From contig CAZBKA010000002.1 of the NCBI GenBank assembly GCA_964492365.1, positions 1,208 to 58,431 on the forward strand: a stretch of 57,224 nucleotides of DNA, read 5' to 3'. A program made the translations under genes and the position numbers. Positions 46,373 through 54,996 of the stretch are shown here, one piece after another (the first letter of the stretch is position 1; every line of letters begins with the position of its first letter). The notes beneath the pieces are model-generated. The model did not search any database, was not told the origin of the DNA, and saw only the letters and a list, made by a program, of their open reading frames with translations. Source of the DNA: an uncultured Pirellulales bacterium (GTDB lineage: Bacteria; Planctomycetota; Phycisphaerae; Sedimentisphaerales; Anaerobacaceae).

Positions 46373-47227
46373 CTAAATAAAACCATTGCTCAGGTTTTCG
46401 TTCCTGCCGTCGTCCGCATCATAGGTACTGCTGTCCTGGATATTGCTTTTTATGCGAACACGTTCAATTTTTTCTGCCATTTTCGTGTTGCTGTCAACAG
46501 TCACTAATATCCCATTAATCTGAACATCACCATCGGCTATATCAAAGGGATAAGGCATCTGTGTGCGAAAAGATTTAAGAACGTTTTCTTTCCCTCTGCC
46601 CAATACCGAGTCGTGAGGCCCAGTCATCCCGATATCAGTAATATAAGCGGTCCCCTTAGGCAATATCTTTTCATCAGCAGTCTGAACATGGGTATGTGTA
46701 CCAAAACAACAGCTAACCTTGCCGTCAAGATAATGCCCCATAGCTACTTTTTCACTTGTCGCCTCTGCATGCATCTCAACGAAAATAATATCCGCATTTT
46801 GTTTGAGTTTAGGCAATATCTTATCTATCGCACCAAAGGGACAATCCGCAGGCTTCATGAAAACCCTGCCTATCAAGGTCACTATCGCAATCTGAGTACC
46901 TTTAAAACACCGGTACACAGCATACCCCTTACCGGACGATAATTCAGACATATTTGCCGGTCTGACAATATCATCCGCCGTCTCAAGAATAGAAATAATA
47001 TCTCTCTTGCGATAGGTATGGTCGCCAAGAGTTATTAAATTAACCCCATAACGCTGCAACTTGTTATATATCTGCGGAGTCAGACCAGAACCGCCAGCAG
47101 AATTTTCTGCATTGGCAATAACACAATCAACGCCATTATGTTCTACAAAGCCTTTAAGCTCCTCAGACAGCACACGTCTGCCAGGCTTACCGACAATATC
47201 ACCTATACAGAAAATATTTAATTTCAT
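46373..47227 (-). CDS. ymdB: YmdB-family metallophosphoesterase (2',3'-cyclic-nucleotide phosphodiesterase-like)
   Basis: MKLNIFCIGDIVGKPGR, NAENSAGG, DFHAE-like EMHAEATSEK, GTHTHVQTAD. Lies directly downstream of rny, as in Bacillus. Confidence 0.8.
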   Translation of the reverse strand: MKLNIFCIGDIVGKPGRRVLSEELKGFVEHNGVDCVIANAENSAGGSGLTPQIYNKLQRYGVNLITLGDHTYRKRDIISILETADDIVRPANMSELSSGKGYAVYRCFKGTQIAIVTLIGRVFMKPADCPFGAIDKILPKLKQNADIIFVEMHAEATSEKVAMGHYLDGKVSCCFGTHTHVQTADEKILPKGTAYITDIGMTGPHDSVLGRGKENVLKSFRTQMPYPFDIADGDVQINGILVTVDSNTKMAEKIERVRIKSNIQDSSTYDADDGRNENLSNGFI

Positions 47228-47241
47228 TTTTATGGCTTCAA

Positions 47242-48822
47242 TTACTTGGCATATTCAATACAACGAACTTCACGAAGAAGCGTAACTTGTATCTCACCTG
47301 GATACGTCATTTCATCTTCAATTTTCTTCGCTATATCACGCGCAATCTTGGTCGCAGAACTGTCGTCTATCTGTTCAGCATTGACAATAACACGAATCTC
47401 ACGACCCGCCTGAATAGCATACGCCGTATCAACACCCTTAAAACCTATAGCGATTTCTTCAAGCTTCTCGAGCCTCTTGATATAACGTTCTAGGGTTTCC
47501 CTTCGTGCACCAGGTCTCGATGCACTGATAGCATCTGCAGCCGCAACAAGTGGTGTATAAGGATTGTCCGCTGGTATATCGCCATGATGAGCCTCAACAG
47601 CATTTAAAATTATCGATGACTCATTAAAACGCTTCAGGAAATTGGCACCGATCTCTGGGTGACCGCCTTCGATCTCATGGTCAATGGCCTTACCGATATC
47701 ATGCAGCAAACCAGCTCGTCTTGCAATAGAACCATCAAGATTCAGCTCTTCTGCCATTATCTGAGCCAGAAACGCAACCTCAACACTATGACGCAGAACA
47801 TTCTGACCATAGCTTGTTCGGTAATTTAAAGCACCCAGCAAGCTTAATATCCGGTTACTCAATCCTCTAATATTAGTCTCAACTGCAACTTCTTTACCGA
47901 TCTGCAGCACTTTCTGATTAACATCCTTCTTAGTCTGAACCACCAGCTCCTCAATTCGAGATGGGTGAATTCGACCATCTTGGATAAGCCTTTCCATGGT
48001 AAGCCTTGCCACCTCGCGTCTTACAGGATTAAAACCGCTAACAATAATCAAACCAGGAGTATCATCTACAATAACATCAACTCCCGTAGCTTTCTCAAAA
48101 GCACGAATATTCCGGCCTTCTCTGCCGATTATACGTCCTTTCATATCATCATTAGGAATCTCAACCGTAGAAACCGTCGCTGCACAGGTATGTTCTGCTG
48201 CATAACGCTGGATCGCCGTACTTATGATCTCCCTGCTTTTCTCCGTAACAATCTCATTGGTCTCATCAAGCTTACGCTGAATAAGAGTAGACATCTCATG
48301 CTCACACTCGTCTTCAAGTCGTTTTAAGAGAAGTTCTTTCGCATCTTCAACACCCATAGCAGTAATCTTCAACAGCTGATTTTTCTGCTGTGTCAGCAAT
48401 GCCGCCGCTTCTTTTTCTTTGGCTGTGACCTTTTGGAAACGCTTGTCAATTTCCTTGGTCTGTTGACTAATTGTCTTTTCCTGCTGCTGAAGCAACTCGG
48501 TCTGCTTATCAATGGTGTCTTCACGTTTGCTTAATCTTGCTTCGGATTCCCGCAGTTCTATACGAATCTGATTAGCCTCTGCAGTAAACTGTTCTTTCTT
48601 TTTGATTGCCTCCCCAGCTGCATCAATACGTGCTGATTTAATAATATTCTCAGCCTCTTTTTTAGCCCCCTCAAGCTGTCTTTCAATATCCGCATCAACT
48701 GTTTTAGCTTTGGCTCTGGAAATCATCTGAAAAACAACTGCTGCCAGGCAAATCCCCAAGAGTAAACCAACAATAGTTGCTACTGCAACCGACATTTCGG
48801 TCGCCATCAACATATCAACCAT
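47242..48822 (-). CDS. rny: Ribonuclease Y
   Basis: N-terminal TM helix, coiled coil, KH domain (GRIIGREGRNIRAFE), HD domain (LLHDIGKA). Confidence 0.9.
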   Translation of the reverse strand: MVDMLMATEMSVAVATIVGLLLGICLAAVVFQMISRAKAKTVDADIERQLEGAKKEAENIIKSARIDAAGEAIKKKEQFTAEANQIRIELRESEARLSKREDTIDKQTELLQQQEKTISQQTKEIDKRFQKVTAKEKEAAALLTQQKNQLLKITAMGVEDAKELLLKRLEDECEHEMSTLIQRKLDETNEIVTEKSREIISTAIQRYAAEHTCAATVSTVEIPNDDMKGRIIGREGRNIRAFEKATGVDVIVDDTPGLIIVSGFNPVRREVARLTMERLIQDGRIHPSRIEELVVQTKKDVNQKVLQIGKEVAVETNIRGLSNRILSLLGALNYRTSYGQNVLRHSVEVAFLAQIMAEELNLDGSIARRAGLLHDIGKAIDHEIEGGHPEIGANFLKRFNESSIILNAVEAHHGDIPADNPYTPLVAAADAISASRPGARRETLERYIKRLEKLEEIAIGFKGVDTAYAIQAGREIRVIVNAEQIDDSSATKIARDIAKKIEDEMTYPGEIQVTLLREVRCIEYAK

Positions 48823-49770
48823 ATTCCCTGCCTTTCTATGTACCTTTAGTTGTTACCACCAGATAGAAACTATCCGATGAATGCAGATTGCAAGGCTAAA
48901 TGGAAGGAAAGTTGCAAGAAGATATAATAAATGAAAATCCTTTTCGCTAATATAAAATCAACATAAAACCGCCAAATTTGACCAGCAATAAGCCTGTCCA
49001 AACCCATCAGGTTCAAATTTCATTCTTAAATATGTTGATTTATCCATCAATAAATACATTTCTAAAACTCTAATGTATGCGAAAAAATATTTTTATTAAC
49101 AATACTCTGCCATAAAGTCAAGTGAAAGAATCTATTCCTGAACACGCAAATCAAATCCAAGCCTTCTGTTCACAATGCTTATTGCATTCTGCAACTCAAA
49201 CACTTCTTAAACAACCTACACCCGATCCAGCTCAGCCTCCGTTAACATGGCAAAAACAATGTCCAGAGAGCCATTAGCCGCAATCCACTATAATTATTTA
49301 TAAACCAATGCCTTACTTATCGCACATATCGGCTAGGTAGTCAAGGAAAAAAATCACAGCTCCAGTATTATCGCATTTAGAGCAAAAAATGTTTGTTTTT
49401 GTTCATAAAGTGCTTTATTTCAATAAAAATTTCACAATAAATTACCAAAAACTGTCGATTCACTTAAAAAGTGAACCTTTCATTATTTTTAAGATATTTC
49501 CTATTGAAACATCAAAAAATACAAGATATTTAAAAAAAAGCCCTGCATTAACAGCTACCTACCCCAAAATTGGTCCTTTGCCCTGTATTCAAATAACAAA
49601 CCACCACCCCAATCTAAATTTCTCAGCATAAACACCAAACCTGAAAATAACGATAACTATATATAAGGCAAAATTAAAGCCAACCATTTTATAATTGCCT
49701 TCGCTTTATTTAATAATTAAGATAGTTTTAAATAAAAATAACTTCGAAATATTTAACCTTGGAGTAATCT

Positions 49771-50736
49771 ATGAGATCCTTAACAATTGGTATTCTGGGA
49801 TTATTGGTAATAACCGCTGTCAGTTTCGCTGATGTAGTAACTCTAAAGCAAGGGCAAACCCTTACCGGCAGCATCCTCGCAGATAAAGATACCATGCTCA
49901 TCCTCGACATAGGCTATACAGCTCTGTCAATTCCAAAAGATAACATTCTGCAATACCAATACACAGCTGATACCAACGGGTTATCAACCGATGCCAACGA
50001 ACTGCCAAGCCCTGACGTTTCAACTCAGCAACTCTACCGAACAGCCGACCTCAAGGAGACATCCATCCAAAAATGCGTTGAACAAGTAGCAGAGGCAGTT
50101 GTAAAAGTATCAACGCCCGGCGGCCTCGGCTCTGGTTTTTTTATAAACGAACAAGGCTATCTGATAACCAACTGCCATGTAATTGAGCAGGAAACAAAGA
50201 TTGAAGTAACCATTTTCCAGAAAGGCCCAAACGGCTTTGAAAAGAAAACATTCAAAAAAGTAAAAATCGAAGCATTAAACCCGTTCGTTGATCTGGCGTT
50301 ATTAAAAGTCGAAGACCTCGAAAATACCGAAATAAAATATGTATGCCTTGGTAATCTCGATGATATCAGGGTCGGCCAGCAGACATTTGCAATAGGCACA
50401 CCTCTGGGGCTGGAAAGAACTGTAACCGACGGCGTCATCAGCACAAAGAACCGATCTTTTGAGGGGCTGGTATATCTGCAGACAAACGCTGACATCAACC
50501 CGGGAAACTCCGGAGGCCCGCTGTTCAACCTTGCCGGTGAAGTCATAGGCGTAACCAATATGGGTTATATCTTCTTCGGCGGACTCGGCTTTGCAATACC
50601 AGTCGATTATGTAAAGCATTTTATCGAAAATAGAGAATCATTCGCATACGATAAAGACGCACCCAACACAGGCTATAGATACCTTCAGCCTGACAGCAGA
50701 AAAAACAAACAAAAGCTTGATATTCAGAAAAATTAA
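49771..50736 (+). CDS. Secreted trypsin-like serine protease (S1C/HtrA-like, no PDZ domain)
   Basis: Signal peptide. Catalytic triad contexts are ITNCHVI (His), DLALLKV (Asp) and GNSGGPLF (Ser). Confidence 0.75.
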   Translation: MRSLTIGILGLLVITAVSFADVVTLKQGQTLTGSILADKDTMLILDIGYTALSIPKDNILQYQYTADTNGLSTDANELPSPDVSTQQLYRTADLKETSIQKCVEQVAEAVVKVSTPGGLGSGFFINEQGYLITNCHVIEQETKIEVTIFQKGPNGFEKKTFKKVKIEALNPFVDLALLKVEDLENTEIKYVCLGNLDDIRVGQQTFAIGTPLGLERTVTDGVISTKNRSFEGLVYLQTNADINPGNSGGPLFNLAGEVIGVTNMGYIFFGGLGFAIPVDYVKHFIENRESFAYDKDAPNTGYRYLQPDSRKNKQKLDIQKN

Positions 50737-50772
50737 AAAAACAATCTGCATACTTCCAGAAAGGTTTATTAA

Positions 50773-52611
50773 GTGAAACATCTAAACAGAATCATTCTCA
50801 TCGCAATAGCAACGATCACGTTATCATCAACATTAACCGCTGAACCTTTACCAAAAACAGCAAAGGTCATCCCAGCGGATACCATTGCACTTATTGAAAT
50901 TGAAAATGTAAGTGAAATTAAAAGTCTATTTGAAAAAACATCCTTATACAAATTATATAAAGAACCAGCAATGCAGCCTTTTTTTGAAGAGATAAAAACT
51001 AATTTTAAAAAAGGTTTTGAGAGCGAAGAAAACGTTTTCATCAAATCAATCACAGATTCACAATTGCTGCCAACCGGCAGGGTAAGTTTCGCACTTGTAT
51101 TAGACGCTGCTGCTGTTGAAAAAAATGAACCGACCGCACTTTTTATTACGCAATGGGGTGAAAACCTTGAAAAAATAAAAACACTTATTAATGAGTCACT
51201 AACCAAAGCTAACGAACAGGGATGGCACATTAAAACTGAAGAATACCGCTCAATAGAAATAAAAACCCTGACCACTGAAGAATCGGAAAGACTAAGCTTC
51301 GGCTTCGCTGGAAATTTAAGTTACTGCTTTATCGACGATGCTCTTTTAGGCTCGGAAGATATCGAAATTCTGAAATTCATGATTGCTCATTTAAAAGGCG
51401 GTACCGGCGAAACTCTTTTCGATGACAGCGGCTATAATGATGCAGTAAAATCTGTAGGCCCTGATCAGGATATCAGCTTCTTTTTCAATATGAAAAAGCT
51501 CATACAGACGTATTCAAGTAAAGACCCTTCAGGGCAAATGAAGATGCTGACTGATAATCTTGGATTTGACAACCTGGAAAATATTTCAGCTGCCGCGGGC
51601 ATAGCAAGAAAAACTGGCAGTTCGTTTTCTGCGAAGATAAATGTTAAAATTGATGGCGAAAAGAAAGGCATTTTTAAAATGCTCGACTTAAAATCGTCAC
51701 CACTCAAAGCTCCTGACTTTCTACCAGCTTCGGTATATTCGATGACGGTAATCAATGCCGACCTGCCAAATGCATATGCTGAATTGTATAAAATGCTCAC
51801 AGCTTTCAATCCGGGCATTGCCGCGATACTCAATACTCCTCTGATCCCGCCATCACAGCCTGACCAGCCTTCATTGCTGCTTAAAACTTCTGTAATAGAT
51901 TACTTAGGCTCACAGTTTATTTATGCTCAACAGCTAAATAAGCCTTTCAAAAATCGTAAATCACCAACCAATACATTCGTTGCAATAGAAACAACAGACC
52001 ATATTAATCTTGAAAAATCATTAAAAGAAATTCATGGAAAACTTTTAGCGGTTAATGAACCAGACTCGACAAGAGAGCTTTTAGGTCATACTATTTATAT
52101 CCTTAAAATGAAAAATCTTCCTATGTTCGCTATGCGAAACCCCGGCGGAGACCCAGATGAACCAGACCAACAAGATGTAAATATGCCGAACTTTGCCTTC
52201 ACGGTTCTCAATACACACTTGATAATAGGTTCTGAAGAATCAGTTGAAAACATTGTCAGAAACCTGAACAGCAAAGAAGCCGTCTCACTAAATTCAGCAC
52301 AATGGTTCAATACTGCCAAATCAAATGCCACTCCCTCTGTTGGAGCTGCTATTGTGGAAGACAGCAACGCTGCCGCTGAAGCAATGTGGTGGACAATTAA
52401 GCAATTTGCTGAAATGGTTAAAGAAGGAAATGATTCTAATAACAACCCCCAAGCGGCAGAATTCAGCGTTTTAGGCCCTATCAAACCAGAATTGCTGCCG
52501 GAATTCGAAACTGTCAGCAAATACTTCGGCATTTCTGTATTCCAGGGAATCAGTACTGCAGATGGATTTAGTTTCCAATACAACTATCTTGATGCACAAA
52601 ATATGAAGTGA
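50773..52611 (+). CDS. Secreted hypothetical protein (612 aa), possibly DUF3352-like
   Basis: Signal peptide. Long ORF with no catalytic motif. Lies 36 nt downstream of the protease gene. Confidence 0.5.
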   Translation: MKHLNRIILIAIATITLSSTLTAEPLPKTAKVIPADTIALIEIENVSEIKSLFEKTSLYKLYKEPAMQPFFEEIKTNFKKGFESEENVFIKSITDSQLLPTGRVSFALVLDAAAVEKNEPTALFITQWGENLEKIKTLINESLTKANEQGWHIKTEEYRSIEIKTLTTEESERLSFGFAGNLSYCFIDDALLGSEDIEILKFMIAHLKGGTGETLFDDSGYNDAVKSVGPDQDISFFFNMKKLIQTYSSKDPSGQMKMLTDNLGFDNLENISAAAGIARKTGSSFSAKINVKIDGEKKGIFKMLDLKSSPLKAPDFLPASVYSMTVINADLPNAYAELYKMLTAFNPGIAAILNTPLIPPSQPDQPSLLLKTSVIDYLGSQFIYAQQLNKPFKNRKSPTNTFVAIETTDHINLEKSLKEIHGKLLAVNEPDSTRELLGHTIYILKMKNLPMFAMRNPGGDPDEPDQQDVNMPNFAFTVLNTHLIIGSEESVENIVRNLNSKEAVSLNSAQWFNTAKSNATPSVGAAIVEDSNAAAEAMWWTIKQFAEMVKEGNDSNNNPQAAEFSVLGPIKPELLPEFETVSKYFGISVFQGISTADGFSFQYNYLDAQNMK

Positions 52612-52626
52612 TATATAGAGAATAAT

Positions 52627-52668
52627 AAAAAGCCGGTATTGATATTACTCAAAACCGGCTTTTTATTT
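52627..52668. terminator. Bidirectional rho-independent terminator
   Basis: AAAAGCCGGT (52628-52637) pairs with ACCGGCTTTT (52654-52663). A T-run follows and an A-run precedes. It sits between convergent genes. Confidence 0.7.
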
Positions 52669-52700
52669 TAGTATATTAGGCTGACGTCAATGGTATTAAA

Positions 52701-53576
52701 TCAGTGAATAACTTTGTTAAGTGGATAAGTAATTATCCCCGAAGCACCGGCACGTTTCAAAGCTGGAACAAGTTCTCTTTCGATGCTACTGTCAATAATT
52801 ACTTCGATAGCGACATACTTGTCATCTGCAAGACTTGAAATCGTGGGGCTTTTTTCTGCTGGTAAAATTTTAATTATCTTAGGCAGATTATCCTTTTCAA
52901 TATTAAGTTTCAAACCTACTTTGTTTCTTGCATCTATCGCAGCCTGGAGAAGAATAGAAATGTTTTCAATTTTTTCACGTTTGAAATTATCTTTCCATGC
53001 CTGCTTATTGGCAATAAATCTTGTTGTTGAAACTATGAGAGTGTCAATTATCCTCAGATTATTTGCTCTTATCGAAGAACCTGTTTCAGTCAGCTCAACG
53101 ATAGCATTAACGAGCCTGGCTTTGACTTCGGTAGCACCCCAACTGAATTCGACTTTGACATCAATATTTTTATCAGCAAAATATTTTTTAGTTGCATTGA
53201 CCAGTTCGGTAGCGATGATCCCGCCTTTCAATTGTTCAGGCGTAGTTATATCAGACTCACTGGGAACTGCCAACACCCATTTTGTAGGTCTGCTTGTTGC
53301 TTTGCTATAGGCCAATTCGCAAACTTCTATTACATCCGAATTATTTTCCATAATCCAGTCATGGCCTGTGATACCTGCGTCAATAACACCATCTGCAACA
53401 TACTTGCTCATCTCCTGTGCGCGGAGCATAATAAGCTCAATCTGGTCATCATCTATCTGCGGCAGATAGCTTCTTTTGCTGTCTATAATGTTAAACCCTG
53501 CCTTAGCAAAGAGTTCTACTGTTGATTGCTGTAAACTGCCTGCAGGGATACCTAATCTTAACACTTTATCCGACAT
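52701..53576 (-). CDS. hisG: ATP phosphoribosyltransferase (long form)
   Basis: LRLGIPAGSLQ, DAGITGHDW, ELTETGSS(I)RAN, and the C-terminal regulatory domain. Confidence 0.9.
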   Translation of the reverse strand: MSDKVLRLGIPAGSLQQSTVELFAKAGFNIIDSKRSYLPQIDDDQIELIMLRAQEMSKYVADGVIDAGITGHDWIMENNSDVIEVCELAYSKATSRPTKWVLAVPSESDITTPEQLKGGIIATELVNATKKYFADKNIDVKVEFSWGATEVKARLVNAIVELTETGSSIRANNLRIIDTLIVSTTRFIANKQAWKDNFKREKIENISILLQAAIDARNKVGLKLNIEKDNLPKIIKILPAEKSPTISSLADDKYVAIEVIIDSSIERELVPALKRAGASGIITYPLNKVIH

Positions 53577-53594
53577 TTAAATATCAACCCTTTC

Positions 53595-54443
53595 CTATTT
53601 CTTACTTGTCTTTCTGGTCGTCTTTTCTTTGACGGCTTTTGTTTTAGTTTTTTTTGCTGTTTTTTTCTCAGTTACCTTCTTAACAACCTTTTTAGTTGTT
53701 GTCTTGGGAGTTACAACTTCTTCTTTCTTAGGCAACTCTTCAATTACATCTGCCGTGGTAACTTCCTTTGTGGTTTCCTTAGGAGCTTCTTTATGGACTT
53801 CTTCCACTTTTACAACAGCTCTTTTCTTTTTAGGCTTATAACCTTCACTTTCTCGTCTGAGAAGTGAATAAAACTCATAACCTTGGTTAGCAGAAATTAG
53901 TCGAGTTAAAAAACCTTCGATTTCCTGCTGATCCGAGGAAGGATATACTAAGTCCTGATCAACAAGATAGTCTATCATTGCTACACTAAGCGGAATGGCA
54001 TGTCCACCCAGAGCAGTAAGCATACAGTAGTCTGTCATAAAAACCGTAATGCCTTCGAGTTGTTCAATTGCCTGCTTTGCAGGACGCTTTCCAAGTTTTT
54101 TTAAACCCTCAAGGTCAATGTTATTAAAACGGGCAAAAACACTGGCTAGTACTCGTATAAGGGAACGTGCAACTTCACGGGCAAGTCCATCATCTTTATA
54201 ATTTATTATTTCGACGATCTCTTCTGTTCTTGAGACCCTTAATTCATTAAAATCAGTAAAGTAGTTGAGTATATTAGCAAATGTATCTTGCGTGCCTTTA
54301 TCTGTAAGATGCTCAGATATTGCACCATAAATCAAAGCCTCTAAAATCGTATTATGTGTTACAGGATTTACTTTTCCATATTTTTTTGTCAGCGTCTTAT
54401 ACAGCTTCTCAATCTTATCGGAATATTCTTTGCTGTTTTTCAT
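53595..54443 (-). CDS. EndoIII-like HhH-fold protein with a histone H1-like Lys-rich C-terminal tail
   Basis: HhH-like block LEGITVFMTDYCMLTALGGHAIPLSVAMIDYLV. The last 85 aa or so are rich in K/T/V/E (KKVVKKVTEKKTAKKTKTKAVKEK). No catalytic Lys/Asp or Fe-S motif is seen. Confidence 0.45.
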   Translation of the reverse strand: MKNSKEYSDKIEKLYKTLTKKYGKVNPVTHNTILEALIYGAISEHLTDKGTQDTFANILNYFTDFNELRVSRTEEIVEIINYKDDGLAREVARSLIRVLASVFARFNNIDLEGLKKLGKRPAKQAIEQLEGITVFMTDYCMLTALGGHAIPLSVAMIDYLVDQDLVYPSSDQQEIEGFLTRLISANQGYEFYSLLRRESEGYKPKKKRAVVKVEEVHKEAPKETTKEVTTADVIEELPKKEEVVTPKTTTKKVVKKVTEKKTAKKTKTKAVKEKTTRKTSKK

Positions 54444-54500
54444 AATAACCTCTGTCTATCGAAATAAACTCTATCAGCTATAAAAGCCGTTTTTTCAGGA

Positions 54501-54941
54501 TCAATCCTGATTATCATTATCGTTTTCGTTTTCTTCTACTTCTTCTATTTCTTCTGCTTCATCAATATCATCGTTTTCATCAGTTACAAATTCACTGGCA
54601 ACTTCGTTTATAATCTTCATCGTCTCCATAGTCTTTTTAAGATTATCATCAATTTTAAAATGAAGCGATGGACAAAACCTCGTGGTAAGCCTGCCTGCAA
54701 GTATAGACTGTATTTTAGGCGTAGCATGCTCTATCGCCATGAATGTTTTGTTCCGTGATTTTTCATCACCACCAAAAATACTGAGATAAACATCCGCAGC
54801 TTTTAAATTCGGCGATACATCAACCAGCGTAACCGAAACAAAACCTTGTATTCGTGGGTCGCTGAGATGATTGGCTATCGCATCACTGACAGCCTCTTTT
54901 ATAGAACGTGATACTTTTTTCTGTCTTCTTGTCGTTTCCAT
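54501..54941 (-). CDS. rbfA: Ribosome-binding factor A, with an acidic C-terminal extension
   Basis: RRQKKVSRSIKEAVSDAI...VSVTLVDVSPNLKAADVYLS. Lies downstream of infB. Confidence 0.85.
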   Translation of the reverse strand: METTRRQKKVSRSIKEAVSDAIANHLSDPRIQGFVSVTLVDVSPNLKAADVYLSIFGGDEKSRNKTFMAIEHATPKIQSILAGRLTTRFCPSLHFKIDDNLKKTMETMKIINEVASEFVTDENDDIDEAEEIEEVEENENDNDNQD

Positions 54942-54996
54942 ATATTTTAAAGTTTCTTTTCGAAACCTAATAAACCCGAATTAATATTTTCTTATC

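Noticed and set aside
49000-49025. GGTTCAAAT, a tRNA T-loop-like string
   Set aside because: The flanking bases cannot form a T-stem, acceptor stem or anticodon arm, so no cloverleaf can be drawn.
49389-49631. 80 aa ORF in the long intergenic gap
   Set aside because: The translation is low-complexity and rich in K/N/F/I/P. It has no RBS and the region is very AT-rich. It is not credible as a gene.
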